This document shows positions 12,601-24,424 of a stretch of DNA of 64,000 nucleotides, one piece after another (position 1 is the stretch's first letter; each line of letters opens with the position of its first letter). Below the pieces are notes generated by a model. It did not search any database and was not told the DNA's origin. It saw only the letters and a program-made list of their open reading frames with translations. Position numbers and translations under genes: made by a program. Origin of the DNA: Isurus oxyrinchus (lineage: Eukaryota); the NCBI GenBank assembly GCA_026770705.1, contig JANJGN010000023.1, forward strand, positions 31,558,001-31,622,000, given 5' to 3'.

Positions 12601-13675
12601 GGTGCCCATCCATCAATGGTGAGCAGGGAGGTCCACAGCAAACTCACGTTGTCATACCAGCTGCTTGTCATCTCTACGGGCTCCTCTCAGGGCACTCTGG
12701 ATGATGGCAGCTGCTCTTCTGCCCCTCTGTCAGTTACTATGGCATCTGATGAGGCTGCGGCAACTGGAGATGCCAGCCGTGGCACTGGCCGCTCCCTCCC
12801 AGGTGGGGCCATCATGGGCTCCACTGGCTAGAGGACAACTGCCAAGGTCATCAAGACCAACAAGACAGCAGGGTCAGCAGGCTGCCTCCAACGCCGGTGC
12901 CAGCGAGTGGTGAGCACCTAGACATAGCATCAGTAAACATTAAGCACAAGAGGGACTGGTCACGGTTGATCTTTAGTTCTCCCATTTTTCCTTTTTTTAA
13001 TGGTGTGACCATCAACACCTGATCTTGTTCTGTTCATAGTATGTAAGTGCCAACATTATATCACATTTGCTTGTGTGTTATTGGCCTGAATATGCTTCAT
13101 TTGTTTTGTATGTACAAGGTACACCAGTATGTAATGCTGGACGTGGGTGGCTCAAAACTTTATTGCACAGGCACTGAGTGTATCTTGGGAGCAAAGGAAA
13201 GGGTCATTTCTGAGATCCAGGATAGTGGTGGCAGCCCTGGCATGAGGTGGTAGCTCTTATTTGGCAGCCTAGCTGAAGGACCGTTGGCCCAAGGCATCCC
13301 TGGTGTCCCTGCCTCCTTGGAGGTTACTGAGGTCTGGCTCCACACCTTCAGTATTCCCCTCACTGTGTTCCTCTTCTGACTCACTACTGGATTCATCATC
13401 TGTGGCCTGTGGAGATGCATTAAGATCCTCTTCCTCCAGTGGGCTCCCCTTGCCAGTGCCAGATTGTGGAAAGCGCAACATGCAACACGATCAGTGTCAC
13501 CCGCTCTGGGGGGTATTGCAGTGCACCCCCTGAACAGTCCAGGCATCAGAGGTGCATCTTGAGAAGACCTATCGTTCTCTATACCACCGCCCTTATGGAG
13601 GCATGGCTCCTATTGTACTGCTGCTCTGCCTCTGTTCTTGGGTAGCGGAGAGGTGTCATGAACCTCCTTTTCAAG
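12601..13675 (-). mobile_element. Internal Harbinger fragment (transposase C-terminus on -, probable Myb-gene 3' end on +) inside the Gypsy
   Basis: LKRRFMTPLRYPRTEAEQQYNRSHASIRAVV and VACCAFHNLALARG plus acidic tail on the minus strand. 12601-12940 resembles 6440-6780. Confidence 0.85.
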
Positions 13676-16623
13676 GTTGATACTGGGGTATCAATGTCGG
13701 TCATAGGAGAACATACATTCAGACATTTGAATAAAGAAGTCTGCCGTTTAAGTTTGGAAGAATGGGACACTAAATTAAAAACATATATGGGCGAAGAAAT
13801 AAGACTGAAAGGGATACGTCAAGTCCTGGATCAGTCTGCAAATTTACCCCTTATAGTTTTAGCTGGGTGGACCCCAGTTTAACTGATCGCAACTGGCTCA
13901 AAAAGATTGAATTGCAGTGGGCTGAGATTTTTCAAATCAGAACGAGAAACTTACCGGAATTAATACAAAAAGATGCTTCCATTTTCAGTGACGAGTTAGG
14001 AAGATTTCGTGGGCTACGAGCCAAAAATCACGTAGCCCCGAACACAACCCCCAGATTTATCAGAGCCAGACCAGTCCCTTACGCTGTGTGGGATAAGGTC
14101 GAGACCAAGGTATATGAGCTGGAAAAGTTGGTATCTTACAACCGGTGCAATTTTCTGAGTGGGCGGCACCCATAGTACCCGTACTGAAGCCAGACCAAAG
14201 TGTTCGCTTATGCGGTGCCTATAAGTTAACTGTAAACAGAGTGGCCAAACTTGATAGACACCCGATACTGAAGATTGATGAATTATATTCAAAATTGGCA
14301 GGAGACACAACATATTCAAAACTTGACATGAGTCACGCCTACAGCAGGTAGAGTTGGAAGGAGGCTCTAGGGAATTTGTGACCATCAATACACATCGAGG
14401 ATTGTATCAATATACTCGACTACCCTTTGGGGTCTCATTGGCGTGTGTTATTTTCCAGCGTATCACGGAAAATCTGCTTCAGGGACTGCCCCATGTCATT
14501 GCTTATCTGGATGACGTCTTAGTTACTGGAAGAACTGACGAAGAACACTTAGCTAATTCGGAGGAGATGCTGAAAAGCTTCTCACAAGCGGGGGTGCGCT
14601 TGAAGCGAGAAAAATGTCTTCTTCAAGCCAAAGTGGTAGTTGACTTGGGCCATAAGGTCAACGCGCAGGGCCTGCATCCCATGGAAGATAAGGTCAATTC
14701 GCAAGGCACCTGCACCGAGAAACACAACAGAACTAAAAGCCTTCTTAGACATGATAAGCTACTATGGGTGATTTCTCCCAAAACTATCAGCCATACTGGC
14801 TCCATTATACACATTTGCTTAAGAAAAACATAAATGGATTTGGCAAGCTCCGCACCAGGATGCGTTTCTGAAGATAAAGCAATTGTTAAGATCATTGGCC
14901 CTGCTGGTCCACTTTGAGCCAAAGAAAGAATTGATTTTAATTTGCGACGCATCCCCTTATGGAGTAGGTGCTGTATTTTCACATCAGATGGCGGATGGCT
15001 CTGAATGACCCATTGGTTATACATCTCGCACACTCAGTGCTGCAGAGCGACGATATTCTCAAATTGAGAAGGAGGGCTTCTGTTCTGTTTGGTGTTCGGA
15101 AATTCCATCAATACCTCCAAGGCCGCCATTTTCACATTATATCCAACTACAAGCCCCTTCTGGGATTATTGGAGAGGATAAGGCATACCCCCCATCGCAT
15201 CTGCTCACATTCAGTGGGCACTGATATTGGCTGCTTACAAATACACTTTTATTCACCAATTGGGAGGCCAGATCACACATGCTGATGTGCTGAGCGCCTC
15301 CCTCTGCCAGATAACAACATGAAGGTTCCAATTCCCCAGGAACTTGTCTTAGTACTAAATCTTTTGGACTCCTTCCCTGTCCAGGCCAAACAAATCCGTG
15401 AGTGGGCAAGCCGAGATCTGCTTTTATCTCATATCTTGGAGCAGGTCCTGAATGGATGATCAGGTGAAGTAAAGTCTGATGACATGAAGCCCTTTTTCAA
15501 TTGTAGACATGAGCCAGGATGGCATATTGCTCTGGGGAGCAAGGGTTATTGTGCCCCCGAGAGGGTGAAGGCCATTACTGGCCAAGTTACATAGCGTTAA
15601 CCCTGGCATTAGTAGGATGAAGATGCTCGTGCGCAGCTACTTGTGGTGGCCAGGAAAACGCAGACATTGAAACTCTAGTCAGAAGTTGTCTTCAATGTCA
15701 GCAGGTACAAAAAGCTACTCCCTTAGCTCCATTGCACCCCTGGGAATGGCCAGGGCTGCCATGGGTGCACCTCCATGTCGACTACATGGGGCCCTTCTTG
15801 GGCACGATGTTCTTTTTACTATTTGACGCCCAGTCCAAGTGGATGGATGTCTATGAACTCTGGTCACCCATGTCTGCTGCCACCATAAACTGTTTGCAAC
15901 AGAGTTTTGCAGTGCCTGGGTTGCCAGAGGTGCTCGTGTCAGGCAACGGGACTGTATTTACCAGCAGGGAGTTCCACAGGTTTACAGCCTTCAATGGAAT
16001 AACTCAGATCAAAACCTCGCCTTCCCACCCCGCCTCTAATGGTTTGGCTGAGCAGGCAGTCCAAATGTTTAAGTCTGGGATGATAAAGCTGGACAGGGAT
16101 TCCACCAGCACCAGATTGTCACGGTTCCTGTTCGCATACCGGACAACGTCACACGAGACCACCTGTGTGGCCCCCACGAATTGCTAATGAAGCGACGTCT
16201 CCACATCCATCTAACTCTTATAAGCCCAAATTTAGGGTGGAGAGAAGCCAAGAGGCCTCGAAGGCTAGACATGATGGCCATAATCATGAAAGAAATTTCA
16301 CGGTGGGAGACAAAGTTCTCGTGAAGAACTTTGGAGATGAGCCCAATTGGTTATTAGGCGAAGGGAGTGCTGTGACAGGACCTCTCTCCTATAATGTATC
16401 AATAAACAGCCGAATAATTAGATGTCTGACAGATCATCTCCGGAGAAGAGAGACAGACCGACAAGAAGGAATAAAGTCATCATTTGAGTCTGAGTCTGAA
16501 CCACACATGGAAGAAGTGTCACAGGATTTAGAAGTATCAATGGGGCCCGTTAGACACAAGAAGGTCAAAGACATAAACTTGCCCACTTCCACTGAAGAGC
16601 CTGGTGGACAGTTGACCCCCTGA
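13676..16623 (+). pseudogene. Gypsy pol (protease-RT-RNaseH-integrase) with stops and frameshifts
   Basis: VDTG protease, WAAPIVPVLKPD, YTRLPFG, AYLDD, CDASPYGVG, HVDYMGPF, HPASNGLAEQAVQ. Confidence 0.95.
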
Positions 16624-16925
16624 GAAGGGAATGTCGGAAAAACCTGCTGAGGCCATTGAGAGCTACGACACTCGACATGTCCAAGGAAGCCTCCTGAGAG
16701 ACTTGACCTGTAAATAGTTATTTATGTAAATAATTGGGATGCTGTGATGCTCGTCAATTGTACTTTCAAGTAAAAGGGGAGGGATGTGGTAAAGTGGAGT
16801 GCTTGTGTACCTTGGAGAGAATGTAGTTAGTTGATCATGTGACTGTATTGACCAATCGCTGCACAGTGCGGGCCTCTTTGGTAACTGTAAGTTTAGAGCT
16901 GGAGGTGATTGAAGGAGCACACATG

Positions 16926-17569
16926 GGGCAGAATCATTTGCTCGGTGGGTGGGCACACGTCCACCCGCTCGAGTGTGAAATGACGTGCGCGGCTGTCGGC
17001 CGAATGTGCCGATATCAACATGCAGTGGTGTGATAGTCTAGTCGGTGGGAGCATGCTGGAGCCGGCAGCGCGCCCGCCGACAATTAAAAGGCCTGTTAAG
17101 GCCATTAAATTATCAATTAACTTAAACTTTTCACTGCCCGTCCAACCTAACAGTCGGCAGGCAGGCGAAAAGCCAAGCAGCCTTTGCATTTTTTTGGAAA
17201 GCTCATCCACTAGATGGGATGAGGTTCCCAAAAGCAAATAAAGATAAAATAAAAGCTTTAAAATTGAGTTAATAACATGTCCCTGCTCATGTGGCAGAGT
17301 CATACAGAGGGATATGTTTTATTACAGTTTTATTTTCTTCATTTTCTTTTTTCAACAACACTTCATCTCCCTGAGGCAGCTCTGTACTCAGGGAGATTAG
17401 GAAGTGCTCACTCGTGTGCATACGCAAAGTTCCCACACACCTTCCTCCTCCCACCTGCACAGGCAGCGCTTGTTTCACGCTGGGCGGGCCTTAATTGGCT
17501 TCCTGCCCACCCCTGCCCACCCCCCCCACCCCCCTGCCGAGCCCAACCGACAAGGACAAAATTCTGCCC
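16926..17569. mobile_element. Harbinger MITE inserted in the Gypsy 3' LTR
   Basis: TIRs GGGCAGAAT../..AAAATTCTGCCC. It is absent from the homologous position of the 5' LTR (gcacacattatgtt). Confidence 0.9.
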
Positions 17570-18084
17570 ATAGTGTTAGTGCTCTGTCCTTAGTTCCAAT
17601 AAACGACCAGTGTTTGTTCAGTTAATCGGTCTCTCTGTCAGCACTGTTTCAAACACCAACTATTGTGTTAATGTCAAGGGCGCAGCTAGAGTTCACTGGA
17701 CAAAGTGAACCTGATAACCAAAAACATAAAAGTAATGTTGGTTGGGGGATAGATATTGGTCAGGACATCTGGCAGGACTCCCCCTCTCTTCTTCAATTTA
17801 TGTGATGGATCCTTTACATTCAGGTGAGAGGACAAACAGGGCCTTAGTTTAATGCCTCATCTGATCATGCAGAACTCCCTTGGAGAGAAATGCCTTGGAG
17901 TGTCAGCCCAGATGATGTACTCAAGTGTCTGGAGGAACTTGAACTCACAAATTTCTGATTCAAGAGGAAAAAGTGTCATCATTGTAGTCAAGACCAAATA
18001 AATGGCACATGCTGGAAAGTGTGATCTATCACCCTGCTCCTGGCACAATGTCAGCACAGGCAGGGGACCCTGGGGTGGAGAACC

Positions 18085-18370
18085 AGAGGACACAGATTTA
18101 AGGTGATTGACAAAAGAACCAGCGGTGACATGAGGAAAAAATTTTGTATTCAACAAGTGTCCAGGGTTTGGAATGTCTGATAGCGGGGTGGATACTGACT
18201 CAATAGTATTCTTCAAAGTGAAATTGGATGAATACTTGAAGGTGCAAAAAATTGCAGGGACACAGGGAAAGAGGGGGAGTGGGACTTACTAGATTGCTCT
18301 TTGAAAGAGCTGGTGCAAACTTAAAGGCTCAGGTAGTCTCCTTCAGCACTGTACTATTCACAGGTTCTAT
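18085..18370 (+). mobile_element. Old CR1 3' fragment
   Basis: 'agaaccagaggacacagatttaaggtgattgac..gaggaaaaaattt..aaattggatgaatacttgaag'. Confidence 0.75.
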
Positions 18371-19170
18371 ACTATGGCTACAGGAAGTTGGCCCACAAGG
18401 TATCATTTACCTCTACTGGGCATGTCCCTTTCAATATGAGCTGTGAGCCACATTTTCCATATGCTCCATTTAGCTATATTTCAGTACAAGGTTGAAGCTG
18501 CTCTGGGAACTTATGTTAATCATTTAAGTTACCTGGCTCTGCACAATTCTGAGTGGTCACTTGTGGGCTACTTTCATGCCAGCAGCCAGCTATCCCAGCG
18601 CACAATTTGCAATTTGCCAGGAGCACAAAATTAAGGCTTGGAAGTAAAATAAATTCAATAACGTGAGACAAACCTGCTTACTATTTTGATTTCAAGCTCA
18701 TTGCTATTGTTTTTGACGGGTGTGGGAGGTGAGGGAATGGTACCAGGGTATGCAAGTGATGCAGATTTGTCTGAGCTCTTGACAGCTTAATGGTGATTAC
18801 AATCGTGCAGCATTTTCCTGTCATGTTGTCATTGAAGAATTGGCGCCAATAGGCTTGCAATTATACCAAAGCGTGGACTTCTGAAAATTAATCGCACACT
18901 TCAGAGCTCACATGCGTTTCTATTACATTTTCTTTAAACTTATGTCTTCTTAATTCAAAAAGCCTCTCGTACTATTTTGTCTGCAGCATGTAGCGTTTTA
19001 TTACCTGTCATCGGATAAAGTGAAAACATTTTTTGTGTCACAATGAATCTGAACACCATATCGAGCACTTCCATTAACTGTCATGGAATTAAATTACATT
19101 TTTCTGTGTGTCACTTTGGGTCTTTCTTACAGTGAACATTCTTGACTGTTGCAATGGGAAGGTGATCTGA

Positions 19171-22100
19171 TCAGCGACCTTTAGTCATAGATATTGCATA
19201 GATATTGCTGGGAGGAGTATATGGGCGTAATGTATAGCTAGGCAGTAATGAATGAGAAGCTGTGGAATTACCATGTGCATTATTACAGCATGGGCTGTTT
19301 AAATTCTTAGCTTTATTCTGTACAAAGCAAAAGCCAGGGCACATTCTCAGTTATCTCTGAGAATCACACCATAGTGAGTAAATTGATGAGAGGGAATTAA
19401 CTGAACAAACTATAAAAGAATACTATGTAAACCAATGAAAATAATATTTAAAAATGTGTTTAATTGGCTGTAAAAAGCACGTTGGGACAATCTGAGGCCA
19501 TGCTGATGTGCGAGTGACGGAGCCCACACGTTAGCGTTTAAAATGTCACACGAGCTTCCCGATGTCAGCGCTCGACATGGCGATATTTCAGTCAGCGGGC
19601 GCGCACAGCAGCGGGACGCTCACCCGCCATTAATTAAAGGCCTCGTTAAGGCCCTTAACTTGCCAATCGTCCAGAATTTTGAGGGGCCCGTGTGAAATTT
19701 GGGTCGGCACAAGGGCCCAATGGGCAGGCGGGTAGGAGATTTTTTTAATAAAAGTCATGCACTGGCAGGATATGTGGACTCAGAAGGGTTGCTCATGTTT
19801 TCCATGAAGCTTTAATTGCAGAAAGTGTTTTAAAGTTGCCTGTTTGACTGTTAGTAGTTCACGTCGATTTCCAAGAGCTTTTTGTGTACTTTGAAACCAC
19901 TCTGCAGACAGTAATCTTTCTCGGGCCTGCAGCTTTCTGGAGGCCTCCATTTAGCCTGGGGATATGAGTTCTGACATCACCACTGGAGGCAGCTCCTCTG
20001 AGGAGGAAGGGGGGATAGAATAAGGAGGAGGCCAGGACTGGACAATCAGTCTCTAAGGGAGCCACCTTTGGGAGGCCAGGTGCAGGTACAAGGGGCGCAA
20101 GGCCAAGAGGTGGTCCAAGGTGGAAGGGTCCGCAGAAAATGTCACTATCCTGCTGCCAGGGTATACAGGCAGCGAAGCAGCTACCTCAATATGACTGAGG
20201 TGCAGTTCCGAAGGAGGCTCCGACTCTCAAGGGAGACAGTCAACTATATCTGTCAGATGATTGGCCCTGAGATCTCCCCTAACTGTGTGGGTGGATACCC
20301 CATGCCAGCGGCTCTGAAGCTCACAGTTGCCCTCCACTTCTATGCCCCTGGCTGCTTTCAGGGCTCGGCGGGTGATCTTTGCAATGTCTCCCAATCAGCT
20401 GTCCACACTTGTGTCAAGCAGGTTACAGGCACTCTGTTCAGATGGGCATTGACCTTCATCCAATTCCGCTGGGACCAGGCCAGCCAGACACAGTGAGCCA
20501 GAGGCTTCGTGGCCATTGCTGGCTTCCCCCACGTCCAGGGTGCTATAGACTGCACACATGTGGCCATCAAGTTACCAGCAGGTGAACCCGGTGCCTTTGT
20601 CAACAGGAAGGGCTTCCACTCCATGAACGTGCAGTTAGTGTGTGATCACAGGATGCTGATTCTACAAGTCTGTGCAAGGTATCCAGGCAGCTTTCACGAT
20701 TCTTAAATCCTAGACACTCCCAGGTGCCGGGGCTCTTCAGTGCTCCGGCTCAGCTGGATGGTTGGCTGCTGGGTGACAAGGGCTATCCCCTGCTTGGGTG
20801 ACTCATAACACCTCTCTGCTGTCCAAGAACACAAGTTGAGCAGCGGTACAATAGGAGCCAGGGCACCACAAGGGCTGTGGTGGAGAGAGCCGTCGGTCTT
20901 CTCAAGATGTGCTTCCATGGCCTGGACCGCTCAGGGGCCGCACTCCAGTACCTCCCAGATCATGTCTCTCTGATAGTGGTAGTCTGCTGCGCTCTGCACA
21001 ATCTTATGCTGGAAAGGGGGCATGCAGTTGACAATGAAGACCTTGATGCCCTGGAAGAGGCTGCACATGATGAATCCAGCAGTGGCTCAGAGAATGAGAA
21101 AGCACAGGGCGATGATGAGGGGCTGCACGCTGACCCGCTATTACACCAATTAGGCAGGGACACCCGGGACAATTTAATCCAACGAACCCAAGTTCTTTCT
21201 TTTAATAACTTTTAAACTATCTCAGAAATGTAGAAAGCTCTTTACTATTAATTCCCATAACTATTATTTCCAATGGATAATGATTATTACAATCAAATTT
21301 TGTTATTGAGCAATTGTCCTGTACAATCAGTTATCTATTTCTCTCATTATTGCATATCATCAGTGTTATGGTCCACACTTTCTTCAACAATCTTTTTTCA
21401 TGTAAACAAACTGCATTTCTTATAAATGGAAACATGCATGCTTTGGCTATAATGAGTCAGCATAGCCTAGATCACAGTAAATTGCTTGAGGGTACATGCT
21501 GTTACAATCCCCATAGACACTGATAATTTTTAAAAAGGGAAGTAAATTTCCCAATGACCGAAGGAATTGCGCGACAAGATTTCACATTCTAAGACTTTTA
21601 CTGCAACAAGCAAACCAAAACCAACATCAATATTACTTAGTGGGCAACCAATATACTAAAATATGGAAAACGTTCTTTCCCCATTAACTAATTAACACTA
21701 CTAAAAACCCCAAGCCGCTTTTATATGCTATTCTATACTCTCAACAGATATATAGCCCTGTAAATAAAGTCCCAAAATCCTTCTGACCATTCAACATGTT
21801 CACTTCTCCCTGCCACACAGGATTTGTCTTTCAGCGTCCCTCTGCAAGTCCCTTCTCTCAATCTCCTGATTATCATCGAACTGACTTCCAGCAGCAAGGT
21901 GCCCTCTGGCATCTCCTTGGTCTTTAAAATCTCTACCCTTCTAGATTCTTTAAACAGGGAATCCATTCTGCTTGGTGGTTAACTCCCAAACGGTTTGTCT
22001 CTCTGCTTGGCACACCAGCAGCTCTTTTCAGTCTTTCTCTCCCAGTTTCTGGACAATTGGAAAGTTAAGGGCCTTAACGAGGCCTTTAATTAATGGCGGG

Positions 22101-22578
22101 TGAGCGTCCCGCTGCTGTGCGCGCCCTCCGACCGAAATATCACGATGCCGCACGCTGACATCGGGAAGCTTGTGCGACATTTTAGGCGCTGATGTGTGGG
22201 CTCCATCACCCGCACATCAGCCAGAAAATTCTGCTCAGTATCTTTCATGGCCTCAGAATGTCCCAAAGTGCTTTTTACAGCCAATTAAGCACATTTTTTA
22301 AATATTATTTTCATTGATTTACATAGTATTCTTTTATAGTTTGTTCAGTTAATTCCCTCTCATCAATTTACTCACTATGGTGTGATTCTCAGAGATAACT
22401 GAGAATGTGCCCTGGCTTTTGTTTTGTACAGAATAAAGCTAAGAATTTAAACAGCCCATGCTGTAATAATGCACATGGTAATTCCACAGCTTCTCATTCA
22501 TTACTGCCTAGCTATACATTACGCCCATATACTCCTCCCAGCAATATCCATTCAATATCTAAGACTAAAGGTCACTGA
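19171..22578. repeat. Long inverted repeat: arms 19171-19676 and 22047-22578
   Basis: The arms are reverse complements over ~510 bp with scattered substitutions and one 25-bp indel. Confidence 0.95.
19503..21190 (+). mobile_element. Harbinger element left end plus near-complete HARBI1-like transposase pseudogene (~19960-21190)
   Basis: [25 protein letters not shown] (D), WLLGDKGY (D), VERAVGLLK (E), VVVCCALHN. In-frame stops at 20494 and 20704. Confidence 0.92.
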
Positions 22579-24424
22579 CCACTGCTTTTTTAGACATTGC
22601 TGTTGTTTCTCTTTGCTCTCAGCATGAAATAAAGTTTTGTTAAGGGTGCATATTCTATTTTGATCAAGGCATTGTTAGGCACCCCATGATTTTCTGTGCT
22701 CACCAAATTGAAAGTCGGATTTAAAGGCTAGGAAGATTATTGCAAGTGAAGAAGGTGCTTACTAGTTTTTAAACTGTTTCTTTTCTGCCAGTATAGGCCT
22801 TTGCTTTCTAGGAGTCCAATCTCAGAATATGGTCAAGATCACAGCAAACATGCCAATGAGATTTAGGCTGCTCATACCCACCATAATACAGGTCTTGGTA
22901 CAGTTATCTAGTAGTGATTGATCGGAACTGCCTCGAAGGGTTCTATTTCAGCTCAGAGTCAGATGTCACCTGCTATTAGATCACCTGCAATTATCTTTCA
23001 TCATAGGCCTAACAGTAATGATCATGGTCCTTTCCTCACTTAACTGTTATACTTCCACCTCCTTCCAGTCAAGTTTAGGCATCATCTCTTTAGGCAAGTG
23101 TGAGCTGTGCTCCACCATTGTTCTGCTCAGGACTCTGCAAGAATAGAAACTTTAGTCACATAGGTTTACTTGTGGCTAGCTAAGTGTTAAAGGCAGTATT
23201 CAGGAAAGCTTCAAGCCCTGCAGTGAATTAGGAATTATTTCCTAATACGAAATAACCAAGTCATTTGTGCTTGTGCATCTAGAACATTTAAATATAATTT
23301 GCTAGGTGACAGAATAACAAAATATCTTGTGACTTCAACATGCATCCAGGGGAGGGCAAAATTGGGTAGCAAGTCACTGTGTGATTGCTTGGGGCAACAT
23401 TGACTGAGGATTGTGATCAGGTCACTGCATCCTCATGGCCAACTGGAGACCCAAGGAAAGGAAGCAGAGAACATATAATATTTTTAAATGATCAGTTTAG
23501 TTTTCTTGCTTCAGCTATGACCTAAATATTCTCCAGACCATTCATGTTAAGACTTCTCAGTAGGACTTCGGTGACTCCCAGTATCTTTCATTGGTAATAA
23601 GATCATGCAGGTGATAAGATGAGCAGACTACACATATAGCACAGAAGCAACTCTTTAAGATGCAAGAAAATGGCATAATGAAATAGTTAAAATTTCTGTG
23701 TAGAAATGATAAAACATATGAAAACAACTATGACTAGATTTTGTTATCACCTTTCATTATGTGCGCATAAATATTCAATGCTTTTGTAGAGATTACAGTT
23801 TTATCCCAAATATTCAAACACAGCCAAACTCATCCTGATGACATGTAGGAATGAACTTGGGTCTTGTTAGTTTTTTTTCCCCCTGAGGTAACTGTCTGTA
23901 TTGTATTCCGATTAACATCTTTTGTTATGGGAAGTTCTGTGTCAAGTAAAAATCCATCCAAGGCTTGCTGGAAATAAATAATTGTGTTCATTTCATCCCC
24001 TGAACTCCTTTAGATTCATACGGACAGAAATCCAGGAAAAAAATGAAAGAACTGTGTATACAGAGGGAGCTTACTTGGTCAAGAGAGTAAAGACAACTTT
24101 ACACTCTACAAAACACAAAACACAGTAAGTATTCTATATTCATTTGTTATCACAATGTCAGTGATCTAAACAACTTGTGCCGGCCCCATTTTTGCAGCAA
24201 CCACAAGAGCTTTATTGCTATTGTTCAAAAGCTTCAAATTCCAATTTTATGAAATGACCTGCCTGCCAACCTTTAGTACAAGTTCACAGCTCACAAGGTG
24301 GCCTTTCTGGGCATGATGTGGAGCATGTGGTAAATGTGGTTGTGAAGTTTTGCTCTGTTTACTTTTGCTAGCAAAATCATAGACATTCTGAAGAAAATAC
24401 TGAGCGGAAGAAAGAGTCAAGGTA

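Larger units (their letters stand above)
11980..17731 (+). mobile_element. Ty3/Gypsy LTR retrotransposon with both LTRs, decayed
   Basis: LTRs 11980-~12279 and 16785-~17731 both start TGTGGTAAAGTGGAGTGCT and end CCAAAAACATAAAA. Polypurine tract AAAAGGGGAGGGA at 16772-16784. gag and pol remnants lie inside. Confidence 0.95.

Noticed and set aside
20068-21215. Host HARBI1 gene (domesticated transposase)
   Set aside because: In-frame stops and a frameshift, an adjacent transposon end, and several paralogous decayed copies in the same window.
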